A stretch of 64,000 bases of DNA. Source: a plasmid. The notes under the pieces are model-generated. The model worked only from the letters and a program-made list of their open reading frames with translations, was not told the origin of the DNA and ran no database searches. Shown piece by piece: positions 49,581-58,452 of this stretch (positions within the stretch are counted from its first letter, which is position 1; each line of letters begins with the position of its first letter). Position numbers and translations under genes: made by a program. The stretch lies in sequence record OW967251.1, one strand, 5' to 3'.

Positions 49581-50936
49581 TTATTTTTTCGGAATTTCAA
49601 CGGTTTTCATGTCTGTGATATACACATTCACGAGCGTACAACCGTGCGTCATGCACCGGCGGAAGCGATAGGCGCCGTGTGTTTCGGTTTCTGCAGCACC
49701 CCGCACGCCTTTATAATCAGCGGGTAATTTCGCCCACTCGGCTTTTGTCATTTCCCGGAACCCTTCCCCCGGATAATTGACGATCGGTGGGCGCTTCGCC
49801 GCTTTCTTCGCGTTGCTGGCTTCCTCCGCTGTCGGGGCTTTGTAGTCCGTGATACGGTCGGGCGTGAGTTTCATCGTGCCGCTGTAGCCCAGAAAGCGAT
49901 AACCGGGCGTTTCGACTGAACTCACCTCCCCCTTACTCCGGTTAACCCGGAGAATGGTTAACCATTCTCCCCGACTCAGTACCTGCCCGCCTGGTTCAAA
50001 TTCCTGTGTTCGGGTGACAACGCCACCGTTTTCATTGAGCATCGCGCGTTCGTAGGCCAGGCGGTTCTGGTAATGATTCACCCAGCGCTGTTGGTGGTTA
50101 ATCGTGCGCTCATGACAGCGGATCGCAATATCACGCGCCTGTTCAAAAGTAATGATCTCCTCAGACAGGGCAGAATGGAGAGACATCGAGCCCTCATACT
50201 GGCTTTTCTCTGCCGGGCGGGGGTATTTGTCGAGCGTGAAGCAGGCATGAATATGATCATAATTACTGACCAGTAACGCCATTTTCAGATCGAGCGTCTG
50301 CGCACGCCACATCGTCATATACTTTTCAGACCGGGCAATGTGCTTTTGGGACTTGCGTAATTCCGCCTCGATTTTTTTGATACGGCGGTAACGCACATCC
50401 GGACGCTCCTTGTATTTCGCGTGCCGCAGAGAGGCCTGCGCGCGCTGTTCCCAGTATTCGGCGCGCTCGAACAGCATCACCGCACGTTTCATGCCGTTCT
50501 CAATTTTCTGCGCATGCCGGCGCGCGCGGCGCTCGCTGTGGTGGCCTACCAGGATCGGCTGTCCCAGCGGGACAGCCGATGCCAGCGAATCAACATGCGC
50601 AAGCGCCTGCTCCGATTCAACCGCCCGCCGGTCACTGTAGTCACTGAACCGCCCGGCGCGCTGCTCCTGGCGATCAAACAGGGTGCTGTCCTCGTCCTCG
50701 ATATCACCGGCGAGGGAAAGCAGGACATCCTCCCGCCCCGGCGTCCAGGCTGGCGCCACAAAAAGTTCCTGTTTGGGCGCCCAGCGAAAGCCTGCTTTGT
50801 TGATCAGGGAATACGTTTCTTCATCGAGCCGTAATGATGCGTAAAGTCGCAATTTATTATCATCGGGTGAATAGGTTGCCCGGTAAGTCTGGCCTGCGGT
50901 GTTTTCCGTCATGATCTGTGCGGTAGTCGGTGCCAT
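49581..50936 (-). CDS. Conserved hypothetical leading-region protein (451 aa).
   Basis: Long clean ORF with a basic, coiled-coil-rich middle section. No family is assignable by eye. Confidence 0.55.
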   Translation of the reverse strand: MAPTTAQIMTENTAGQTYRATYSPDDNKLRLYASLRLDEETYSLINKAGFRWAPKQELFVAPAWTPGREDVLLSLAGDIEDEDSTLFDRQEQRAGRFSDYSDRRAVESEQALAHVDSLASAVPLGQPILVGHHSERRARRHAQKIENGMKRAVMLFERAEYWEQRAQASLRHAKYKERPDVRYRRIKKIEAELRKSQKHIARSEKYMTMWRAQTLDLKMALLVSNYDHIHACFTLDKYPRPAEKSQYEGSMSLHSALSEEIITFEQARDIAIRCHERTINHQQRWVNHYQNRLAYERAMLNENGGVVTRTQEFEPGGQVLSRGEWLTILRVNRSKGEVSSVETPGYRFLGYSGTMKLTPDRITDYKAPTAEEASNAKKAAKRPPIVNYPGEGFREMTKAEWAKLPADYKGVRGAAETETHGAYRFRRCMTHGCTLVNVYITDMKTVEIPKK

Positions 50937-50987
50937 TGTGTTTTCTCCTTCCTGCAGTTGCCGCCCCTCGCGGGGCGGCTCACCTCA

Positions 50988-51218
50988 TCAGTTAAATGCG
51001 CGTTTCAGTTCCAGCGTGCGGAGTACCTGCCCGAGGGCGGTATTTTTCATCGCGGGGATGTGGACACCGCGCCCTTTGCGGTGACTTCTGGCGATATGAC
51101 GCCCGAAAGCTCTGAGAGCGGGATCAATCTCCGGTGCGGTGATATCTGCGCGCAGAATGCGCGAATGACGACGGGGCTTTACAGCGCCTGCGGAAGGTGA
51201 AAAAATAGAAACGATCAT
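50988..51218 (-). CDS. Hypothetical (76 aa).
   Basis: ORF. Confidence 0.35.
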   Translation of the reverse strand: MIVSIFSPSAGAVKPRRHSRILRADITAPEIDPALRAFGRHIARSHRKGRGVHIPAMKNTALGQVLRTLELKRAFN

Positions 51219-51309
51219 AGAGTTGACTCCTTATGGTAGTTAACGAAGCCGGAAAAACCGTTCGTGCGATTTTTACGGCGTGGGAGAAGCAGGGTTTACC
51301 CTGCTTTTT

Positions 51310-51537
51310 TCATATCTGCGGTTTGCTTCCCGCTTCTTCTTCCTCCTTCTTAAGCTGATCGGTAATGTCTTCCGGTTCGCCCAGAAGCCAGCCTTTGACG
51401 GGTTCACAGCGTTCAATAAACGCTTTTATCGCCCGTTTTCCGGTCGTGGCCTGCACCCGGGTAAACATCGGCAGATTGCCGCTGGCATTGCTTCCCAGAA
51501 ATGCGATCCGATACGTTCGCAATGAAGGATCCTGCAT
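51310..51537 (-). CDS. Hypothetical (75 aa), the first gene after repeat copy D.
   Basis: ORF. Confidence 0.4.
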   Translation of the reverse strand: MQDPSLRTYRIAFLGSNASGNLPMFTRVQATTGKRAIKAFIERCEPVKGWLLGEPEDITDQLKKEEEEAGSKPQI

Positions 51538-51564
51538 TTTTCTTTTTCCTGATTTTTAAAGAAC

Positions 51565-52200
51565 ATCACCCGTTGAGTTGCCGGGGCCGCGGTTTTGACT
51601 TTGTGCGGGGACCTGCTGAACCTGCCCCCTGGATATAACCTTCACCCGTTTGAGAGCCGTTCGCCGCAAGGGCGTAAACGAGCACGGCCCGGTGCAGATG
51701 TCCGGGGGTGAGCGGGAAATTTTTTTCGGCCTAATGAAGCGGCAGCGGAATGGCCGGGAAAAATTTATTGCGAAAGGCCCTGCCGTCCCCTGGACAGCAA
51801 GACGGGTTGTGCTTGTCTCAGCCCCGGCGAATGGACTCAAACGGGTGATACGGGTACCAGGGGAAAGGAGCAGGCACCCGCCGCAACGACGGAACGCGCG
51901 GGCGCGAAACGGCGTTGCCCCGCAGAGTGCCGGCAGTCCTTCGCCGGCACGGTGAAAGCGGCGCGACCGGGACGGTCGCAGCAAGCGCTGCCGTTGACCC
52001 TGACGTCAGACATCAGACACTAGCCGCCAGGCCCGAAACCGCGTAGCGGGTTCGGCGGAGCTTACCGCGTCTTTTCGCGGTTAGCGGAGTGTGGCTCGAC
52101 GACCGGACAGCGCAGCTGGCCGGGAGCCGAAGGTGTCCAGTATGGGTGTGCTTTTAAAGCCTTTAAGGGTTAAAAAGAGACATCACAGCAGGAAGAAGAA
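51565..52200 (-). repeat. Structured GC-rich repeat, copy D. Putative Frpo/ssi-like element.
   Basis: Near-identical to copies A, B and C. Confidence 0.5.
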
Positions 52201-52320
52201 GAGAAAGCAGACAGACAGCAGGGAGCAAGCCGGAAACGTAAAGATGCAGGCTGGAGAGAATATGTTTTTCATGCCGCCGGAAAGAAGCCATGATAAACCG
52301 GCGGCATACCAGACGGGGCG

Positions 52321-52638
52321 TCAGGAACGGAGCTTATTTTCCTTCCTGAACTGCGCAACGCTATACCAGATTGAAGCCAGGAAAGCGAAAACGGTGATCA
52401 GGACACGAAATTCGTCACCCGGCTCTTTCCCCTTCAGCATCAGCGTTATGATGATGCCGGCAACGATAATCCACGCAATACCACTCCAGAGGCGCAGCTT
52501 ATCCGCCACGACATTAATCAGAACAAAAGCAACGGCCAGGATAGCCCCCCACAGAGCCGGAACAGGCTGAAACGGAATAAAAAACAGGTTAATACCTGTT
52601 AAAAGCGTCACGGCAGCAAACATCAGAGACATACGCAC
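52321..52638 (-). CDS. Hypothetical membrane protein (105 aa, 3 transmembrane segments).
   Basis: ORF. Confidence 0.45.
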   Translation of the reverse strand: MRMSLMFAAVTLLTGINLFFIPFQPVPALWGAILAVAFVLINVVADKLRLWSGIAWIIVAGIIITLMLKGKEPGDEFRVLITVFAFLASIWYSVAQFRKENKLRS

Positions 52639-52672
52639 AGATTACCCTCCCTGGACACACTGAGTAAGAAAA

Positions 52673-52942
52673 TCAATTCTGCTGATCATCGCCCGGTTTA
52701 TTATATTCGGGTGCATTTGCGCGCGGCAGCTGCTGACTGTTCAGTCGATGTACGCGGAACCGTTCATGGAAATATTCGCGCAGGTGTTCAGGCTGTTCCC
52801 GTTCAACAAGTTCCGGCATGACGGGCTTGTTCATGCGCTCCTGCCAGGCAACATCAGCAGCCACCTTATCGACGGCAACTTTGTCCTGCTCCTCCTTTGA
52901 AAAAGAGGCAATATTCCACTGCGACATACGCAAATTCAGCAA
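52673..52942 (-). CDS. Hypothetical (89 aa).
   Basis: ORF. Confidence 0.4.
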   Translation of the reverse strand: MLNLRMSQWNIASFSKEEQDKVAVDKVAADVAWQERMNKPVMPELVEREQPEHLREYFHERFRVHRLNSQQLPRANAPEYNKPGDDQQN

Positions 52943-53163
52943 AAGAAGAAAAGGTACGCAGATATTACGCTCTTAATCCTTAACTGGCGACCTGTTGAGG
53001 TGAGGCCAGTACGCAGCGCCGCAGGTGTGGCGAACCGCCTCACCGGCAGGCGAAGCCTGCCAGGATTTTCGCGCGGCCGCACCGATCTGCAAAGCCGGGT
53101 AAGCTCCTCACAGATCGTGCCGTCTCAGACCTTAAACGGGGCGTCGGGCGCCCCGATATAGTA

Positions 53164-53589
53164 TCAGTCCAGAGCCGCGTAAATAGCAGCGCATTCGTCA
53201 TGAGAGTCAATGAAATTCCACAGCTGCGATTCCCGCAGCATCAGGTGGCGTGTCAGGGCAGCATCACCGCGTTCATGGTGCAGCCAGATACGGCGGTTGA
53301 TCGCCAGCGCCGTAATGATAACTCCGGCCGCATCCGCGCTGACGGACCGATCAAACCAGTTATCCGGGTTAGTCAGATGGAAACGGTCACCGTCAGGCAT
53401 CATGTAGCCGCCGCCCTCCGGAATACGGATGAAATGCCAGAAGCCTCCGCAGTAATCGGTGATGTGTTTCTCAGCGAGCGCATAGACCTGCATCTCTCCG
53501 GCCAGAAAATCGTTACCAAACAGATCCGGCAGGAACGAGAGACGGTCGGACTCCTCTACATTCAGCATGGTTTGACGGGCATGATACAT
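53164..53589 (-). CDS. klcA: KlcA/ArdB-family anti-restriction protein.
   Basis: The motifs SADAAGVIITALAIN and AAIYAALD match RK2 KlcA (SADAAGIVATLFALG, AAIYRAID). The start is at MYHARQ, preceded by a GGAGG ribosome-binding site. Confidence 0.82.
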   Translation of the reverse strand: MYHARQTMLNVEESDRLSFLPDLFGNDFLAGEMQVYALAEKHITDYCGGFWHFIRIPEGGGYMMPDGDRFHLTNPDNWFDRSVSADAAGVIITALAINRRIWLHHERGDAALTRHLMLRESQLWNFIDSHDECAAIYAALD

Positions 53590-53627
53590 AGCAACCTCCA
53601 CAGGTTCATAAGATTGCGGCACCGGGT

Positions 53628-53850
53628 TGTGCCGTGCCGACACGACAGCCCGGCGGAAAGCGGAAGATGCAAGGGCGACACCGGAGGCCGCAGCGCAGAT
53701 AAAGCACGAAGCTGGTCTGGACGGTTTTAGAGCGAAACCTGAGCGAGAAAACGACGGGAAGAACGGCGAGCTTCATAAAAAAACTGCGACCGGGCGAGGA
53801 TGGCGGCGCCAGCGAACCCTTGCATCTGCAGCGGCCGGGCTAAAGTGAAG
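53628..53850 (-). promoter_or_regulatory. Long imperfect hairpin upstream of klcA. Candidate single-strand promoter of a different sequence family.
   Basis: GTGCCGTGCC at about 53630 is complementary to GGCACGGCAC at about 53845. AGATGCAAGGG is complementary to CCCTTGCATCT. AGCCCGGCGG is complementary to GCGGCCGGGCT. Together these form an imperfect stem about 220 nt long. Confidence 0.3.
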
Positions 53851-54109
53851 GCACGGCACTACCCGAAGCGATGCAGGAGATACAACATGAGGTCCCCTGT
53901 CGCGGTTTACGAGCGCAGGGAGAAAAGCAGAAGCTGGCATCGCGACGCGATGGCTGCGTATAAAGGCCGCAGACCGGAGGGAGGGGGCCGGACAAAGCGG
54001 AGCCAGCGGCAAAGACAAGCCGGCGACGTCCTTATCCGGTGTTGATGGCATGGCGCCAGTTTATCAGCTGCCCGTCACCAGGCGGCCCGGGAGACCTCTC
54101 GTTCTGAGC

Positions 54110-54340
54110 TTATCGGCGATCTGGTTTATCACTGGCCACGGAGATACCAATGTACATACCGCTTCCCCAGATAATCTGAGAGAGCACAAATAGCCACAGA
54201 GGGACGTCAACAATCAACAGCGGAAGAAGAGCAACCGTCACGATTAAAATCAGGCGGCTACCGAATTGCCGGCGCACCGGTTCAGCGGCGTCAACCGGGA
54301 CGCCTGCATATCGCAGAACCTGCCTTAAACCCGTATTCAT
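54110..54340 (-). CDS. Hypothetical small membrane protein (77 aa).
   Basis: This is the C-terminal part of a 182 aa track ORF. The upstream part overlaps the intron RNA. Confidence 0.3.
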   Translation of the reverse strand: MNTGLRQVLRYAGVPVDAAEPVRRQFGSRLILIVTVALLPLLIVDVPLWLFVLSQIIWGSGMYIGISVASDKPDRR

Positions 54341-54454
54341 AATCACTCCACTCAGAATAAATGCACTGTACTTCAGTATATTACATTTTATTAGATAACG
54401 ATTCTCCGGACTGGCAGCGATCCTTCTGAAATTTCCCTGTTTTTGCAGGAACAG

Positions 54455-56425
54455 CAAATGGTTACAGACAACGGCAACAAGATGACTTGAATAAAAACGG
54501 CCTCCGCAAAATAATGTCGCGGTAGGGATACCCGTTACCGGATACCCCCCGCACAGATCCCGGCGTGCGCGATTTACGCACCGGGCTCCTGCCTCGGGTG
54601 TCTGGCGGTGAACCGCTCCACAGGCCATGGATGAAGAACCCGAACCCTTGGTAGCCATGCGGCTGCCAGTTTGTTTGCTTTCGTCCAGGTCGTATCATCC
54701 TTCTGGCTCCTGCGCCTGAGCGCCCGGCGCCAGAGGTTTGTTACGTGTGTCCTGAACTTCTGCATGGTGGGGAAGTTGCCCGGTACCGAGTGATAGTTCA
54801 GGTATCCCTGAACCACTCTCCTGAGCCATTTTCCCTGTTCGGGGATTGAGTAATGCCAGCGCCTTCGCAGACCGTCTTTGATGGCTTTCAGAGTTGCCGT
54901 CATCCGATCCCGGCGGGTCTTTCGTATCAGCATGAACCTGCCGTTGCGATCTTTCCCGCTGATGTGCGTGAACCCGAGGAAGTTGAACGTTTCTGGTTTG
55001 CCTTTTCCCCTGATGGCACGGTTTTCGGCAGCGAAGCGGCCGAACTCCATCAGACGGGTTTTCTCCGGGTGAACCGTGAGTCCGAACTCCCTCAGTCTGC
55101 GCTGCATGGCTATACGGAAGCGCCGGGCATCGTATCGTTTGTCGAACCCGATGACGATGTCATCGGCGTATCTGACCATTACCACATTGCCTGTGGCATA
55201 GCGACGTCGCCACTGATGCGCCCACAGATCGAAGACGTAGTGGAGGTATATGTTTGCCAGCAGCGGTGAGATGACCGCACCCTGTGGGGTGCCTTCCTCC
55301 GTTGCTCGCCATTGACCCTCCTCCGACGTCCCGGCTGTGAGCCACTTACGTATGAGCCTGATTACCCTCCGGTCGCCGATCCGATGCTCTGTGAACCTGA
55401 TCAGCCATTCGTGGCTCACCCTGTCGAAGAACTGACTGATGTCGGCATCCAGTACCCAGTTTACGTTAGTGCGTACCAGCCCTGTGGCCAGTGCGTCCAG
55501 TGCATCGTGCTGGCTTCGCCCGGGTCTGAACCCGTATGAGAACCCCATAAAGTCGTTTTCATAGACTGCGTTCAGGATTTTCACCAGCGCATACTGGACG
55601 ATCTTGTCCTCCAGCGAGGCGATGCCGAGCGGGCGTTGTTTTCCATCCGCTTTTGGGATGTAGTGACGCCTGCCGGGCTGCGCCCTGTAGCTGCCCTGAT
55701 GTAGCCTCCGGTGCAGATCTGTTATGTTGTTCTTCATGTTTCCGGCGTAGTCCATCCACCTGATGCCATCCACTCCGGCGGCCGCTTTCCTGCTCAGGGA
55801 GAGGAATGCGGCTTCCAGTGCTTCGACTGTCAGCAGGTGGAACAATGCTGTAAACCGTTCTTTCTTCCGCTGCTTCGCAGCTTCCCGCACGCGTGACAGC
55901 CTCTGTGACATGCTTTCCCGGCTCTGTGTCCGGCGCATGTGTGGCTGTTCCGCGTTCCCCTTGGCCCCGCTCCTTCGCTCCACTGACTCCGCTCCTTTCG
56001 GGTTGTTCGCCTGCTTCGCCGCTACTATGAGCGAGTCCGACTTCTCCTCTCCGTACATCACCGGCTATGACTCCTCGTCTTCCCGGTGCGGGCCATCTCC
56101 GACACTGGCAGATGGTCAGAGGGGAGATCTCCCGGTTCCCGCGTAGAGATCGTATTGACATGCCAGGGTCTCAGACCCCGCCGGGTCCATGTGGCACTCG
56201 CAGTATCGCACCCTATGATGTTGCCTTCCGTTAACAGTACAACGTCGGCACCCGGTAATTTAATATACATTTCGTGGCTCAATGGCTGGCCTGTCAACAC
56301 CCCTGTCAACGCTTCGCCCCATACCTCGCGGTATGCAACGCATGACTCGGGGACCTTGTGGATTGCTGGTCCTTCAATGGTCGGGGACTTTCACCCCTTG
56401 ATCTCTAACCGGTCTCCCGGCGCAC
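54455..56425 (-). mobile_element. Bacterial group II intron (ribozyme plus intron-encoded protein).
   Basis: The minus strand begins GTGCGCCGGGAGACCGGTTAGAGATCAAGGGGTGAAAGTCCCC, a typical domain I 5' end. A domain V-like hairpin lies near 54520-54556. The 3' boundary is approximate. Confidence 0.7.
54574..56061 (-). CDS. Group II intron reverse transcriptase/maturase.
   Basis: Reverse-transcriptase motifs are present: AAGVDG, RRHYIPKADGKQRPLGIASLEDKIVQ, FSYGFRPGRSQHDA, YADDIVI and a C-terminal maturase X domain. No HNH domain is seen. The true start is probably internal. Confidence 0.9.
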   Translation of the reverse strand: MMYGEEKSDSLIVAAKQANNPKGAESVERRSGAKGNAEQPHMRRTQSRESMSQRLSRVREAAKQRKKERFTALFHLLTVEALEAAFLSLSRKAAAGVDGIRWMDYAGNMKNNITDLHRRLHQGSYRAQPGRRHYIPKADGKQRPLGIASLEDKIVQYALVKILNAVYENDFMGFSYGFRPGRSQHDALDALATGLVRTNVNWVLDADISQFFDRVSHEWLIRFTEHRIGDRRVIRLIRKWLTAGTSEEGQWRATEEGTPQGAVISPLLANIYLHYVFDLWAHQWRRRYATGNVVMVRYADDIVIGFDKRYDARRFRIAMQRRLREFGLTVHPEKTRLMEFGRFAAENRAIRGKGKPETFNFLGFTHISGKDRNGRFMLIRKTRRDRMTATLKAIKDGLRRRWHYSIPEQGKWLRRVVQGYLNYHSVPGNFPTMQKFRTHVTNLWRRALRRRSQKDDTTWTKANKLAAAWLPRVRVLHPWPVERFTARHPRQEPGA

Positions 56426-56426
56426 A

Positions 56427-56442
56427 CTGTATATATATACAG
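56427..56442 (+). promoter_or_regulatory. Perfect LexA box (SOS operator) of the umuDC-like operon.
   Basis: CTGTATATATATACAG lies 21 nt upstream of the umuD-like ATG. The intron 5' end lies 1-2 nt away. Confidence 0.8.
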
Positions 56443-56463
56443 CTTTAAGCGAGGAAAAAAACG

Positions 56464-56889
56464 ATGAAGTTCATTCCTGCAGTATCAGAAGCCAGCATAG
56501 TAAAAATTCCTTTGTTCACAGAGCGATGCCCTGCGGGTTTTCCGTCACCGGCATCAGACTACACTGAGTCTGAACTGGATCTGAATGAGTACTGCATTCA
56601 CCGGCGCCACTCCACCTATTTTGTCAGGGCGATTGGCAACTCAATGACTGATATTGGCCTCTATTCCGGCGATCTGTTGGTCGTGGATAAAGCAGAACAG
56701 CCGCGGCACGGGGATATTGTTATCGCGGAAATTGAGGGTGAATTTACGGTAAAACGCCTGCTTCTGACGCCGCGGCCAGCCCTGCAGGCGATGAACCCGG
56801 ACTTCCCTTCCCTGTACCCGGATCCGGAAACGCTGCAAATTTTCGGCGTGGTGACAGCCTTCATTCATAAAACCCGGAGGGCAGACTGA
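56464..56889 (+). CDS. umuD: UmuD/MucA/ImpA-like SOS mutagenesis protein (S24 LexA-like peptidase).
   Basis: A C-G cleavage-site context and an IGNSM...VVDK catalytic Ser/Lys dyad ([21 protein letters not shown]) are present. Confidence 0.88.
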   Translation: MKFIPAVSEASIVKIPLFTERCPAGFPSPASDYTESELDLNEYCIHRRHSTYFVRAIGNSMTDIGLYSGDLLVVDKAEQPRHGDIVIAEIEGEFTVKRLLLTPRPALQAMNPDFPSLYPDPETLQIFGVVTAFIHKTRRAD

Positions 56890-58160
56890 TGTTCGCCCTG
56901 GCTGACGTCAACTCCTTCTACGCCAGTTGCGAGAAGGTTTTCAGGCCGGATTTGCGCGGCAAACCTGTCGTCGTTCTCAGTAACAACGATGGCTGCGTTA
57001 TTGCCCGGAGTGCTGAAGCCAAACTGCTGGGTATAAAGATGGGAACCCCCTGGTTCCAGCTCAAAGAGGCGCAGTTTCCTGAAAAATTGTACGTTTTTTC
57101 CAGCAACTACGAGCTCTACGCGAGCCTGAGTAACCGTGTGGTCGCCCTGCTGGAAGAGCTGTCGCCCCGCGTCGAACAATACTCAATTGACGAATGTTTC
57201 CTGGATGCCCGGGGAATTGGCCACTGTATGGATCTGGAGGATTTTGGCAGGCAGCTGCGTGGGCATGTTCTCAGTGGAACCGGACTGACGATCGGTGTCG
57301 GCTTCGGCGCCACAAAAACACTGGCCAAATCGGCGCAGTGGGCGTCAAAGGAATGGCCACAATTCAGGGGGGTACTGGCGCTGTCGCCCGAAAATCCACG
57401 CAGAACGGCAAAATTACTCAGCCTGCAGCCGGTGGAAGAAATCTGGGGCGTGGGGAACCGGATAGCGAAAAAGCTGCACGTTATGGGGATCACCACCGCC
57501 CTGCAGCTGTCGCTGACGAACCCCACATTTATCCGGAAAAACTTCAACGTAGTGCTGGAGCGCACGGTACGTGAGCTGAACGGCGAGAGTTGCATTTCAC
57601 TGGAGGAAGCGCCGCCGCCGAAACAGCAGATTGTCTGCAGTCGTAGCTTCGGGCAGCGGATCACCACCTACGAAGAAATGCGCCAGGCCGTCTGCCAGTA
57701 TGCCGAGCGCGCGTCGGAAAAGTTGCGCGGTGAGCGACAGTACTGCCGGCATATCAGCACCTTCATCAAGACATCCCCTTTTGCGGTTAATGAGCCGTAT
57801 TACGGTAACGTGGCCACGGAAAAACTGAACACCCCTACCCGTGACACCCGGGACATTATCGCGGCAGCGGTCAGGTCTCTGGACAGGATCTGGCTCGATG
57901 GCCACCGCTACGCAAAAGCGGGGATAATGCTCAATGATTTCAGTCCGAACGGCGTCGCGCAGCTGAATCTGTTCGATGACGTGCAGCCACGGCCGCACAG
58001 CGATGCGCTGATGAAGGTACTCGACGGCATTAATCATTCCGGACTCGGGAAAGTCTGGTTTGCCGGACGGGGTATTGCGCCGGACTGGCAGATGAAACGG
58101 GAGATGCTGTCACCGGCATATACCACCCGCTGGAAGGAGCTGCCGGTTGCCCGTTTCTGA
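56889..58160 (+). CDS. umuC: UmuC/MucB/ImpB-like Y-family DNA polymerase (Pol V catalytic subunit).
   Basis: Starts [41 protein letters not shown], the canonical UmuC N-terminus. 423 aa. Confidence 0.95.
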   Translation: MFALADVNSFYASCEKVFRPDLRGKPVVVLSNNDGCVIARSAEAKLLGIKMGTPWFQLKEAQFPEKLYVFSSNYELYASLSNRVVALLEELSPRVEQYSIDECFLDARGIGHCMDLEDFGRQLRGHVLSGTGLTIGVGFGATKTLAKSAQWASKEWPQFRGVLALSPENPRRTAKLLSLQPVEEIWGVGNRIAKKLHVMGITTALQLSLTNPTFIRKNFNVVLERTVRELNGESCISLEEAPPPKQQIVCSRSFGQRITTYEEMRQAVCQYAERASEKLRGERQYCRHISTFIKTSPFAVNEPYYGNVATEKLNTPTRDTRDIIAAAVRSLDRIWLDGHRYAKAGIMLNDFSPNGVAQLNLFDDVQPRPHSDALMKVLDGINHSGLGKVWFAGRGIAPDWQMKREMLSPAYTTRWKELPVARF

Positions 58161-58238
58161 CCGTCGAAATGACAGACGGGACTTGCCGCCAGAGCTTACT
58201 TTACCGATCATACAGATGACTTGTCTCAGGAGGGAACC

Positions 58239-58452
58239 ATGACAAACATCATTCTGTGTGATGTGACTGCCAGCGTCTGAGAACTTAAAAACGATCCGGT
58301 GGCCACCGCCAGTGCCGGCGGCGGCTACCCGGTCGCGATTATTGACCGCAACCGCCCTGTTTTTTATTGTGTGCCCGCGGCTCTGTATGAACAAATGCTC
58401 GATGCGCTGGACGAAAAAGACCTGGTGCAATTGTTGACATCCTCCCCGCCCT
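58239..58452 (+). pseudogene. Phd/YefM-family antitoxin gene with an in-frame TGA at codon 14. Its 3' end runs into the insertion sequence.
   Basis: A strong AGGAGG ribosome-binding site precedes MTNIILCDVTASV-TGA-ELKNDPVATASAGGGYPVAIIDRNRPVFYCVPAALYEQMLDALDEKDLVQLL, which is an antitoxin-like fold signature. No partner toxin gene follows. Confidence 0.5.

Noticed and set aside
39300-52200. The four structured repeats considered as group II intron fragments or a structured ncRNA/retron msr-msd.
   Set aside because: They have no similarity to the intron at 54455-56425 and no adjacent reverse transcriptase. Their placement 5' of each leading-region operon on the transferred-strand template fits single-strand promoter/ssi elements better. 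An ncRNA is not fully excluded.
54110-54658. A 182-aa ORF spanning the intron 3' region.
   Set aside because: The upstream two-thirds overlaps the group II intron ribozyme sequence. Only the C-terminal 77-aa membrane segment is plausibly a gene.
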